A stretch of DNA of 63,985 nt, the filler included, from Trichomonas gallinae (taxonomy: Eukaryota), in NCBI GenBank assembly GCA_008369845.1. It is 7 parts of 7 records of this genome, joined end to end, with 100 filler letters (N's around TTAATTAATTAA, not from the genome) between each part and the next. Parts side by side here need not be neighbours in the genome. Positions count along the whole stretch, not along the records: positions 1 to 13,490 come from MRSU01000946.1; 6 more parts are not named here. One strand, written 5' to 3'. A model generated the notes under the pieces. That model saw only the letters and a program-made list of their open reading frames with translations. It ran no database searches and was not told the DNA's origin. Below are positions 1-10,752 of this stretch, one piece after another; the first letter of the stretch is position 1, and each line of letters opens with the position of its first letter. The position numbers and the translations under genes were made by a program.

Positions 1-1434
1 ACTTTTCTGGGCAAAACGATAATTTTCAATACCGCATTGAAAAATTGAGACCGCTATTTGGTCGCGGAGCGGACCCTTAACGTCCCTAAATAGAGGGGAG
101 TTTTAATAATGAGGAGAAAAATAATAACGCAGAAGGATATAGAACTACATTCTACTTAATGTTTGTGACAAATGGTAGTGCTATAAGATAGTGTTAGTGG
201 CATGTCTCAATATCTTTCCTATCTTGAGATAATTACGATTTCTGAGACACCCTATACTTCGAAATTTCATCAATCACATTTGTTCATCATCATTATAAGG
301 CATTCATCAATCATATTTGTTTATCAATAATATTATTTTTGAAATTATTTTGTTTTAAACTCGAATTTTAAGAATCTTTACTTCAAACCCCAAATGCTGT
401 AAAACGAAATCATTGATAAATAAATAATAATCAAATATTGAATAAGATCAAATGTTAGGAATGATGTAATCGGGCTACTTAACAGCACAAACGTGATTTC
501 TTGCCACAACATACCTCATGATTGGAATCAGAATACCCAATTTTGTGATGCCATTCCGAATAATTCTGAAAACTTAGAATTTATCAGCAACTCTCACGTT
601 ATTGACGATCACTCACCCATGTGATGCATATTTTCAGTTATTTTTTTGATTTTATCGATGAGCGGAATTCACGAAAATATGACAAAAGAAAGAATCATCA
701 AGAGTAAAGAGTAATGGAATCAAATATTAATGTTTTTGAGCCAAAACTGTATATTTTCCCATGAAAAAAAAATCCAACTTGAAACTTTGGCAAATAAATA
801 TCCTATATGCATGTATTATATATGCACAATATTTCATTATTATGATTCTTTTTTTTTTCAAAAAAAAAAAAAAGTCTAGAAAACGAAACAAATGCAAAAA
901 ATGAGCATTTATAATATATAGTAATTGTATTTGTAATAAAAATGAATAATAAACAAAAAGCAAAAATAAAAGAGTATCATCAAGAGTAGATAATAATAGT
1001 ATTAATCTTTATTTTGAATGCACCATTCAAAATAAAATCATTTTTAAAAATATATAATAATTGTATTCATTATGAATAATTCATTGAAAATGAAATCTAA
1101 AAAAAGATAAAAAAGGAATATAATAATGGTATTTGTTTGAATAATGCATAGAAAACGAAATATTTTAAGAAACGATAAAAGCAGTTAGAGAGTTTAATTC
1201 TTCTCAATTTTCCTAAAACCGAATGACAATCAAGAGAAAATCCAAAAATAGGGATATATTGTACATATCATTCTATATTTTAATTTTCTTCAAGTGAATG
1301 TAAAACTCGACTCAAAAAAATTTGACGAAATAATTTTAATTTTGCCTCGGTAAAAAATACTCTTTAGAGTATAATATTGCTAATATATTTTCTTTGAATT
1401 ACAAATCCATTCATTACAAAACTTTTTATTTCAA

Positions 1435-1698
1435 ATGAGCGAAATAACAACAAGTGTTAACGAGACTTCCACCCCAACACCAATCATATACTACAAAGCA
1501 ACACCCGGTAGTAGTGGTTCTACAAATGCATGGCCTATTCTTTATGTTATTATAATTGGTATCGCGCTAATGGTCATCGGCATTGTTACGGCTGTAATAG
1601 CCTACGTATGTAAAAAGAATATTAAGGCTCAGATGTCCGAATCTACAGAGAATGATAGGAACTTCGATCAATTCTCGAGACCTATACTTGAAGAATAA
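1435..1698 (+). CDS. Small single-pass membrane protein, 87 aa
   Basis: TCATT initiator-like element upstream. Ser/Thr/Pro-rich N-terminus, one hydrophobic helix (WPILYVIIIGIALMVIGIVTAVIAYVC) followed by KK, short acidic tail. Confidence 0.65.
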   Translation: MSEITTSVNETSTPTPIIYYKATPGSSGSTNAWPILYVIIIGIALMVIGIVTAVIAYVCKKNIKAQMSESTENDRNFDQFSRPILEE

Positions 1699-2258
1699 GT
1701 TATTTTACCTTATACTATATATACTATCTTAGTTAAATGTTTACTAGTCACTACTTTCATTATTATTTTTTTCTTAATTTATAATCTACGCATTACATAT
1801 TGCGCAACATTCTAGACGCACTACATATATCTACCATGTTACCAATATTTCATATAATTACGCGTTCTAGTTTGTTATTGGATGGAGAATTTAATTTATT
1901 CATTGAGATTTTGTTATATTGGCCGGAAATAGAGTTTTTTACAATAATATAATATTTCCTTATTATATCAAGTTCGTTTATTAATAATGAATTCGATTGA
2001 ACTCAAATCATAACCATAAAAACATGATTTAATGATGTTCTCCTATTTATTTCACATTGAGTATCATAAAAACATGATATACACAAGCTACAGTCAATTT
2101 CTTAATTTTAAAATTATATTTTATGAGTTTTTATCTTGGATAACAGCCATATATTTCATATAATGGCACTGATAAATTTATATTCATTGCAATTTTAGGT
2201 GCTTATCGTTAATTATTTTGAAAAATTGAAAATTGTTAATTTTATCAAAAGAAGAGGT

Positions 2259-3911
2259 TTAAACTTTAGTTCCAATTTGCGAAGAAGTCTCTTGTCCATT
2301 CTCAATGTTGAAGTATGAGTCATTTCCTGCACCTTTGACTTTCTTCTTCAATTTGAACAAGATAGCAGCAGTGATAACAATAACAATAATCAGGCCTCCA
2401 ATTACGCAGCCTAATATGATCAATACTTTGATCCACTTATCTCTTTGTGGATTTGGCGGTGTAACTCTGTGTCCATCAGCGATATCATAATACTTAGAGC
2501 TACTGGCAAAGTATGGGTATTGAACATCTGCTGGTATTGAAACTTTGACTGTTAAATTATGATTATTTGTTTCACCTGTCTCGTAAGCGATAACAAATGC
2601 GCTCTGGCCGCTAACCTTCTCTGGTTCGATGCTTTCGCCCTTCTTGTTGTAGATTAAATATCTCACATCGCCGTCTTTCTTGATTGTTGTTGTAACAGCG
2701 TAATTTCCTTCCCCGACTGCGAAGAAAACGCATGCTTTCGTTTTAGGATGTGATGTTAAGTTAGTAGATGTGGAATTTACGCTGGAAAGTTTAAATGTTC
2801 CTGGACCTGATTGATAATAAACGGTATCATTGCATCTATCGCTGAATTTGGAGAAATAGAATGCTGTGACATTGATTTGCGTGATGTTTTTGGACTTCAA
2901 CTTCAAGTATCCATCGGTTACATAATTAATAGCGAATCTATGTGAATCTCCGAGCAAACTGTGCCTTACTTCACCAGCCATATCACTCAAACCATTGATA
3001 TGCTGTGTTTCACCGTGCTTTGGATGCAATAACATCATTGTATTTCGTTTGAATTTGTAACAGATTGGTCTCTGAGTGATATGCAATGTTGTAGCATCGA
3101 TGCTTCCTACTGAGCAGTTCGACGCTCTCCAGATCTCTTCGTCAACTTCGTGATCTGAGACTTCGTCAGCTGGATGATGATGATCTTCTTGATCATCTTC
3201 TTCTTTTTCGTCGTCGTCAAGAATTTGCTTAGATATAGCTAACATGCTCTCTGGAATCAAGGCTTTGTCGGATTCTACGTGATAAAATCCTGAAGAATAT
3301 TTAACTTTGTCCAATATTTGTTCTTCTGGCTTGAAATTCGAAATTGAGAGAGCTGTTGATGATTCATCATTCTTGATCGAAAGCTTAGCCATGAAACTTG
3401 TTGCAGAAATTTTTGTTGTTGATGAAATTTTAATATTTTCATTAGAGCCAGCTAATGTATATGTGAAGTCGTCATTATTAGCGATCTGGCTAACTTCGAT
3501 ATCATATTGTCTCTTCACAAATGATGAAACAAGCAAACAAGAAGATTCACCAGCCTTTAACTGCAATTTTCCGTTTCCATATGAAACTGCGGCGTTGTTA
3601 TTTACTACTACATCGACGTACTGGCATTGGTTATTGTTTATCACGAAGACAGTGTAATATAAAGTAATGACATCGCGTGAAATTGGTTTTACTTGCAAAT
3701 TCTGGATGTTTTTATAAATAGCTGCCGGATGCTTGTCACCATCAACTTCAAAATTCACTGGATTGTGGATTATTAAATAAACGCTCGAAGAATCTGACGC
3801 AGAAGGCGGCAGCAAGGTTGTATAATCGAATAGCGGAAGATTTAGTTTTCCATCGCCAGCATTAAGATTTTGGCTGGCGCAAGTATATAACCCAAAAAAC
3901 GCAAAAAACAT
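2259..3911 (-). CDS. Type I membrane/surface protein, trichomonad-type family, 550 aa
   Basis: Short N-terminal signal (MFFAFFGLYTCAS), two Cys-containing beta-rich halves separated by an acidic/His linker, C-terminal TM helix followed by KLKKK. Confidence 0.85.
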   Translation of the reverse strand: MFFAFFGLYTCASQNLNAGDGKLNLPLFDYTTLLPPSASDSSSVYLIIHNPVNFEVDGDKHPAAIYKNIQNLQVKPISRDVITLYYTVFVINNNQCQYVDVVVNNNAAVSYGNGKLQLKAGESSCLLVSSFVKRQYDIEVSQIANNDDFTYTLAGSNENIKISSTTKISATSFMAKLSIKNDESSTALSISNFKPEEQILDKVKYSSGFYHVESDKALIPESMLAISKQILDDDEKEEDDQEDHHHPADEVSDHEVDEEIWRASNCSVGSIDATTLHITQRPICYKFKRNTMMLLHPKHGETQHINGLSDMAGEVRHSLLGDSHRFAINYVTDGYLKLKSKNITQINVTAFYFSKFSDRCNDTVYYQSGPGTFKLSSVNSTSTNLTSHPKTKACVFFAVGEGNYAVTTTIKKDGDVRYLIYNKKGESIEPEKVSGQSAFVIAYETGETNNHNLTVKVSIPADVQYPYFASSSKYYDIADGHRVTPPNPQRDKWIKVLIILGCVIGGLIIVIVITAAILFKLKKKVKGAGNDSYFNIENGQETSSQIGTKV

Positions 3912-4589
3912 TTGACATAAAATTTTTACAGAAATTTTGTAAACACATTTTTTGCATTCCTTATATCATATTTCTCGGTGATTTTTCGCTTAAAATACGA
4001 ATTTGTCTTTATTGCTTTATTTTGTTGCTTTTTTGGGATTTGGCGACTGAATATATCATTATATACATGTGTTTAATCTGGAAATCATGAATAAAAATCG
4101 GTTCTGCGGATTTAGAGAAATTTGAAATTCAAAAATTCTATTTATTGGTCATTAGAATATAGAAATAAACCCTAAATTGTCATCATATAACACCAACTTT
4201 ATCCATAATTGGAAAACATTTCTTTTTCTTGAAAAATATTTTCTATCAAAATAAAAACATAAGTTTTGGGCCTTAATTTTGCTAATATATCAATATTTCC
4301 CCTTGTACTTCTTGATATCTTTCAATCGAATGTTTTAAAAGGATTTTTAATAATGTTATATTACATATATGCGTGACTAAATGCAACGATTAGAATAATG
4401 ACCAATATGGTGAATATATTGATAATTTTAGGGTTAGCTATGCTATAAATTTACAATATTGTAAAAGATCAAATTTCTTTCAATAACATGCTATGTCTTT
4501 AAAAACTATTATTTGTTATATGTTTGTATACTTATTTGCATGATGCAAAGAGTAATACGCATTTAACAAAAGAAAATGATAAATTTCAG

Positions 4590-5030
4590 CGAGTTTTTTT
4601 AATACAGCATTCTGTTACTATCTAGAATTGATAATAAGTAGTTTATTTAACTACACAACAACTCACCAAACGATTAAACAATTAAATTGATTCAAGATTA
4701 ATTTTTATTGATTTTTTTTAATATAACACTTGACACTATGCAGAACTGATGGTAAATAATACATTTAACTATACATCAACTCACCAATCGATTAAACAAC
4801 GAATCAAGATAAATTTTCATTGAGTTTTTAAATACAACACTCAGCTATTAAATTAAATTGCTGATAAATAGTAAATTTGACTGCACATCAACTCACCAAA
4901 CCATTATACACTGAATGAAATTGAATCAAGATTGATTTTAATTGAGTTTTTTAATATAACATTCAGTAAATATATAGAATTGACTATAAGTAGTATATTT
5001 AACTATACATCAACTCATCAATCAATTAAT
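4590..5030. repeat. Degenerate tandem repeat, 4 copies of about 115-120 bp
   Basis: Anchor CAACTCA(C/T)CAA at 4659, 4777, 4889 and 5011 (spacing 118, 112, 122). Shared TCAAGAT and GAGTTTTTTAATA blocks. Confidence 0.85.
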
Positions 5031-5489
5031 ATTTGAACCAAGAATAAATTGAATTGCAAAATAAGGAAATGTTAGAATAAACAAATGAAATTCAGTGCAA
5101 AGACAAGTAAATTGGCATTTAGATATTGATGAAGCAAAGATTTTTGCAAAATTTAAGAATTTTGAAACTTTAATTAAGAATAATATAATATTCGCGATGT
5201 GCACGTTTAATTGCATCATATATTTTTTGTATTCGTCAATTTTCCATTCAAAATTGATTTGTGTCATTTTGTTGATTCAATAGATATGTATTTGAAGCAA
5301 AGATTGGCCATTGTTTTGTAATAATAAGAATGATGACTGTCTACCAAAGCGTTGTAGACCAGGCTTCTCCCAATGGCAGCAGCACAGAGTCAAACTCTCC
5401 GTCGAACATTGACATCGAGAATCAAAAAAAGTTTACTGAAACCTCTAATAACTAATGTTTTCGGTGAACAAGAATTCGTAAATTCATTA

Positions 5490-6180
5490 TTATGCAGTTT
5501 AGACGGTAGATTGTTGGGATCTATCTTTAATGTATTGATATACAGATCAAGGAACTTGTTCAAATACATAAAATTTCTTCCAATGAAATTTTACCTGAAA
5601 TAATTGCTGTTTCTCTATGCACATTCTTCCCTCCAGGTGCCTATGGAGGCTATGAAGTCCTTCAGAAGCTTCTAAATAACAAAGTCAAAACATGGGAAAT
5701 GGAAGCCGCTTTATCTGTGAGAATCACGGCGATTTTAATCTGCTTTGGCCTGAAGAATCCTGGTGGAATTTTCATTCCCATGTTGTCAGTTGGTGCTTTA
5801 TTAGGTAAACTTGTGAATAAACTCGCTTTGTACATAGGATATGATTCCGTACACTATACTTTTGTCGTTTTAATGTCATCATTTTTCACAAGTTCGCTGT
5901 TGTTCGCGCGCCTTTGATAACTGTTATCTTGCCAATAGAGCTGACAATGCAGTACTGCGGCTGGCTGTGTCTGGACCATATATTGTTGCAGGAATATTCA
6001 GAGCCGAGCCTTTATACGAAAAATTGATGGAACTTTTAGTCGTCAGAAAAGATGAAGAAGATTTGAACAAGATTGATGAATTTTCGATGATTGTCAGTGC
6101 AGAATCAGTGTTATGCAACATTACAATCAGATAATTCATACTGCCAGAAGGAACAACAATTACACACGTTGTTTTTTAAA
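5490..6180 (+). pseudogene. Fragmented bacterial-type ClC (EriC-like) Cl-/H+ antiporter with partial TrkA_C domain
   Basis: Collinear ClC motifs in shifting frames: GRLLGSIFN, PGAYGG, PGGIFIP (GxFxP), AVVRAPLITVILPIELT, YIVAGIFRAEPLYEKL, then SAESVLCNITIR*FILPEG. Several frameshifts and a stop; the N-terminal half is absent. Confidence 0.8.
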
Positions 6181-6390
6181 CCCATATTATCTTTTTTTTA
6201 CAAATACAAATACTTTTTGAATAACACAACAAGGAAAATATGCGAATAATTTTTTATAATTAAATATTGAAATGCATGAGACTCCTGCTTTTGTTTCATG
6301 AAATAGCTGAATAATTGTAATTAAAAACTTAAATAATTTCTTTATTATAGTTTAAAATTGATGTAATAAAAATAGATAATTTTTTCATTT

Positions 6391-8280
6391 TCAAGTACTT
6401 TTAACTTCATTTTCACTTGTTGTGTTTGAGCTAGTTTCTAATTGTCTATACACAAGTCTATAGTATTGTCCTTGCTTTTCTAAAAGTTCGTCATGTGTTC
6501 CACTTTCAACAATCTCGCCGTTCGAAAAAACATAAATTAAGTCTACTTTCTTAATCGTTGACAATCTGTGGGCAATAATAATTGATGTCTTTCCTTTGAG
6601 AATCTTTTCAAGTGAATCTTGGATCTTTCTTTCTGACTCAACATCGAGTGACGATGTTGCTTCATCGAATATGAAAACTTTTGGATCTTTAATGATTGCG
6701 CGTGCGATTGCCAATCTTTGCTTCTGGCCACCAGAAAGTTGAACACCTTTCTCCCCAACAAATGTTTCATATTTTTGCTCAAGTTTCGTATTAATGAAGT
6801 TGGAAATATTGGCAAGATCTGCTGCACTTTCTATGTCACTCTGTTTGACTTCTTTGTTTGCACCATATGTAATGTTTTCTGAAATTGTTTTGGCAAAAAG
6901 AGATGCTTCTTGTGGAACAATGCCAATATTTTGATGAAGCCATCTTGGATTGATATCCTTGATATTCTTTCCTTCAATCAAAATTTCGCCATCGTTCACA
7001 TCATAATAACGCTCAAGAAGCTGCGTGCATGTCGTTTTTCCTGAGCCTGACTTTCCGACAAATGCACATGTTTTTCCTTTTGGAATCTTGAAAGAAACAT
7101 TCTTCAAAACATCGCCTTGACGTGTTGGATATCTGAACGTTACATCTTTGAACTCTATTTCACCATTGAACCCAGATGGTTCATCGCCATCGTCAAATGA
7201 AATTGAGGGCTGATAACTGGAAAGTTTGATGATTCGTGAAATCGCCAAAACTGATTTAACTTCAGTCTGCAGTGACCCTTGAAATGAAATCAAACCGAAA
7301 ATTCCGCAGAATAAAAACCCCCAGACAGAGAACAAGTCACCGACAGTGAATCCGTATGTTCCGTCTGCCTTCTTTGAGTCGTCAATCAAATGTGTTCCGT
7401 AGAAGAAAATCACGACAAGAATTGTTTGAATAAATGTCATGATAATAAAGAACATCATCTGACCGAGCAAGTTGATCTTCTTGTCATACTTGCATGCTAT
7501 TGTTTGCAAATCTCTGAATGAGCTGACTTCGTCTCTTTCTCTGTTGAATGATCTGACAGTTCTTATGTGTGAAATTCTTTCTTCAGCGAAGGTCATCACC
7601 TTTGATAAAGTCATGAATTGCATTCCGCCAGCTTTAATCAAACATGGTGTCATGAAAGAAACAATGATCATTGTCAATGGAATTACGGCAACTCCTACCA
7701 AAGCAAGCTTCCAGCTGTAAACGAATGCAAAAATTGTTCCGGCAAGAAATTGAGCGATGTTGCTAAACTGTGCTGATTTTGCTTCAGTTGATGCTCTAAT
7801 TTCTTCTGCATCTTCATTGAATACTGTCAATAATCTTCCTATTGGATTGGCATCAAAGAAATTAACATCAGACTTCATCATGCTGGTAAACAAAGTTCTT
7901 TTCAGTGAGCTTGTTACTTTTATTGATAAATATTCCCAAAGATATTTATCAATAAATTTAGTAATCGCATATACTGCATAGAGGCCAATCATCCAGTATA
8001 TGTTGTACATGGCATCACTCATCCTTTCAATGCCATCAATTTCGAAAGAGGATAAAATGGAGATGATTTTTCCGTAAAAGAAGAAAATTGCGATTGTGCA
8101 AACACCATTGTACAAAGGTGGGAAAATTGCCAATATTCCTAAACAATTTCCATAGATTTTTTGGTTTAATAATTTTTTCGCAATTTTCTTTTCATCATCA
8201 GGATTTGGAGCCTTTGGAGCTTGTTCTATCTGCGTTCCTTGCTCTTCAGCTTGAACTCGCGAGGATGAACTATCACTCAT
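6391..8280 (-). CDS. ABC transporter, ABCB-type half transporter (TMD-NBD), 629 aa
   Basis: Six-TM domain, Walker A GKSGSGKT, signature LSGGQKQRLA, Walker B FIFDEAT, H-loop AHRL. Confidence 0.95.
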   Translation of the reverse strand: MSDSSSSRVQAEEQGTQIEQAPKAPNPDDEKKIAKKLLNQKIYGNCLGILAIFPPLYNGVCTIAIFFFYGKIISILSSFEIDGIERMSDAMYNIYWMIGLYAVYAITKFIDKYLWEYLSIKVTSSLKRTLFTSMMKSDVNFFDANPIGRLLTVFNEDAEEIRASTEAKSAQFSNIAQFLAGTIFAFVYSWKLALVGVAVIPLTMIIVSFMTPCLIKAGGMQFMTLSKVMTFAEERISHIRTVRSFNRERDEVSSFRDLQTIACKYDKKINLLGQMMFFIIMTFIQTILVVIFFYGTHLIDDSKKADGTYGFTVGDLFSVWGFLFCGIFGLISFQGSLQTEVKSVLAISRIIKLSSYQPSISFDDGDEPSGFNGEIEFKDVTFRYPTRQGDVLKNVSFKIPKGKTCAFVGKSGSGKTTCTQLLERYYDVNDGEILIEGKNIKDINPRWLHQNIGIVPQEASLFAKTISENITYGANKEVKQSDIESAADLANISNFINTKLEQKYETFVGEKGVQLSGGQKQRLAIARAIIKDPKVFIFDEATSSLDVESERKIQDSLEKILKGKTSIIIAHRLSTIKKVDLIYVFSNGEIVESGTHDELLEKQGQYYRLVYRQLETSSNTTSENEVKST

Positions 8281-8439
8281 TTTTAAAATGAATCAAATTT
8301 TTTCTAAACAGATTTAATTCAAAAAATTTTGAAGAAAAATAGCTGAGTATTGGTTCATTATCATTAGCTTCTATTCTGGTATTCAAAAAATGTTCTTGCC
8401 AATTATAAATTTCAATATTCAAGGATAATTCAGTAAATA

Positions 8440-8471
8440 TCAAAAATTCAGAGGACACTCTGAAATTTTGA
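8440..8471. promoter_or_regulatory. Inverted repeat near the centre of the bidirectional promoter between the two ABC genes
   Basis: TCAAAAATTCAGAG-gaca-CTCTGAAATTTTGA: 14-bp arms with one mismatch. Function is inferred from position only. Confidence 0.4.
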
Positions 8472-8654
8472 AACAAAAAGTGGAATATGTACGTTTATAA
8501 TTTTTATAAATGGCCGGAATAATCTATTTTTATATTATTTTGGTATAAAATATGTATAAATATGATCTATAGCATTTCATTACTAAAATGGTTTGGATAA
8601 TTTGTTTTTTCAAAAAAATTGAGAAATCGATGAAAAAACATTTAAGATCCAAGG

Positions 8655-10026
8655 ATGCCAAGTGAATCAGACTCACATGTACAAAGCCCAGATGCTGCTG
8701 AACAGCTGAATTCAACTGGTTTCGAAATGCTTAAGTGCTTGAAACTATTTAGAAAACCATTTTTATTATTTTTAGTATATTTCTTTTCGATGATCAACGG
8801 AGTTTTCCCTGTAATCAACATGATGGTAATGGGAAACATTGTTTCATCGTTCAGCATCGACCCAACAAAGACTGCAACAAAAGCAATGACGCCGATTATT
8901 TTGACATTGTTGTACCTAGATATTGCTCAAGCTTTAACTCTCTTGATCACTATGCTATGCAAGTCCTACATTATACCAACATTTACAGTAGAATATTCAT
9001 AAAAAGACAGCTATTTCTCATGCGTTGAAAGAATCTTTAACAAGCATTATTGCAAATGGACTCACAGTTGTCGTTGTATACTTCATTGCTTACCTAATGA
9101 TGGTCAAAAAAGATTCCAAAATCAAGTCTGGAGACTCGATGTCGATGATGATGTACATTATGTTAGGAACAATGGGTCTTTCTCAGATTCTTACTGCTTC
9201 TGATAGCTATAAGAAAGCAAAAGCATCAGCAATTAAGATTTTAAGCATTGTCAACAGAAAAACTGAAATTGATCCTTCAAAAGGCAAAGAATTGACAGAA
9301 GTTAAAGGCAAAATTGAATTCCAAGATGTGAGCTTCAAGTATTCGACAAGAGATGAATATGCTCTGCGTCATCTTTCTTTCTCAATCAATCCAGGTGAAA
9401 CAGTTGCTTTAGTTGGCGAGTCAGGATGCGGCAAAACAACAACATTGTCTCTTCTCCAGAGATTCTATGAGGTTACGGAAGGAAAAATCCTTATTGACGG
9501 AATTGATATCAAAGATATTTCACCTTTCTCTCTTAGAAAGCAGATTTCTTCTGTTCCTCAGACTCCTGTTTTGTTTTCCATGTCCATTTCCGATAACATC
9601 AAATACGGAAATCCTTCAGCATCTGAATCAGATGTTCAAAAGGCTGCTGAAGTCGGCAATGCGAATGATTTCATCATGGAACTTGAAAACAAATACGGTC
9701 AAGAAGTTCAGCAGTCTTCATTGTCAGGTGGACAAAAACAAAGAATCTGCATTTCAAGAGCTGTTCTCTGCAACACACCAATACTCATACTGGATGAGGC
9801 AACTGCTTCACTTGACACTGAGTCAGAGCAACTCGTCCAACAGTCTCTAGAAAACGTGAGGAAAGGAAAAACCGCAATAGTCGTCGCACACAGACTTGCG
9901 ACAGTCAAAAACGCAGACAGAATCCTCCTCTTCCAAAATGGACAGATTGCAGAGTCTGGAAAGCACGAAGAACTCCTCAGCAAAGATGGAATCTACTCAA
10001 ATCTTGTTAAATATCAACTTCAATAA
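8655..10026 (+). pseudogene. ABCB-type half transporter with an internal frameshifting deletion in the TM domain
   Basis: 8655-9002 encodes TM1-2. From about 8992 a different frame (NIHKKTAISHALKES...) encodes TM5-6 and an intact NBD (GESGCGKT, LSGGQKQRI, ILILDEAT, AHRL). TM3-4 region is missing compared with the neighbouring paralogue. Confidence 0.8.
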
Positions 10027-10752
10027 AACTTTTATATTAGGAAAAGATTATCTATTTTTTTATTTTGATTCTAGGGTTTGGTGCTAATTTGAAAACTTTG
10101 TTCTGCGTTAACTATATGGATGATTTTGATATATTTAAGTTATATTTCAATTTGTAGATTAGAATGAAAAGTAATTCTCAGCTGAATTATTTGTTAAATC
10201 AATCGATTAATCATTATCACATTAATTATCTCCAGAAACATGAATAACGACAATGAAAAAGCTTATATGGCTCAACAAACAATGCATCTGTTGATATATC
10301 TGCTTCTAAAGACAATGTAATGAATTCAACAAACTTCAATATATACAAGATGGACAAATATTTTTTATAAACATATGTCGATATTTTACTAAGTTTAAAA
10401 AATATTAAACTATTCTATATAATTATCTACCCATCAATTAGACATTACTAATGTCCTATATTTTGTTATTATTCCTCAAAATCTTATATTTGTACGTGAG
10501 CAAAACTTTCATTGAAATGAATTAATAAAAAAATTGGGGTCTCACTTCTTTTTGTCCACCCTGTAATTTGAGTTATTTTGTCGTATATGATATGTGAATA
10601 AATATATAGGAGCATGCTCTAGATTCCTCAGATGATACTCTATAATAATATGTATGTGTGCAAGTTTTAACTAACTCCTACTTTTTTTTTGTCAAACCTG
10701 TATTGATTTAAAAAAAATTTTATCATTTATAATAAAACAGAACAATATTTTA

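Noticed and set aside
1..98. GC-richer start with small dyads, possibly a transposon end
   Set aside because: No partner TIR, TSD or coding sequence in view; similarity to the MULE TIR is limited to a short AAAATTGAGACC word.
1008..1036. 13-bp perfect hairpin TTTATTTTGAATG-cac-CATTCAAAATAAA (and a similar 11-bp dyad at 21997-22020)
   Set aside because: Almost all A/T in very AT-rich DNA, single copy, plausible by chance.
4590..5030. Regularly spaced repeats resembling a CRISPR array (also 51255-51560)
   Set aside because: Whole units are homologous with no unique spacers, the period exceeds 100 bp, there are no cas genes, and the context is eukaryotic.
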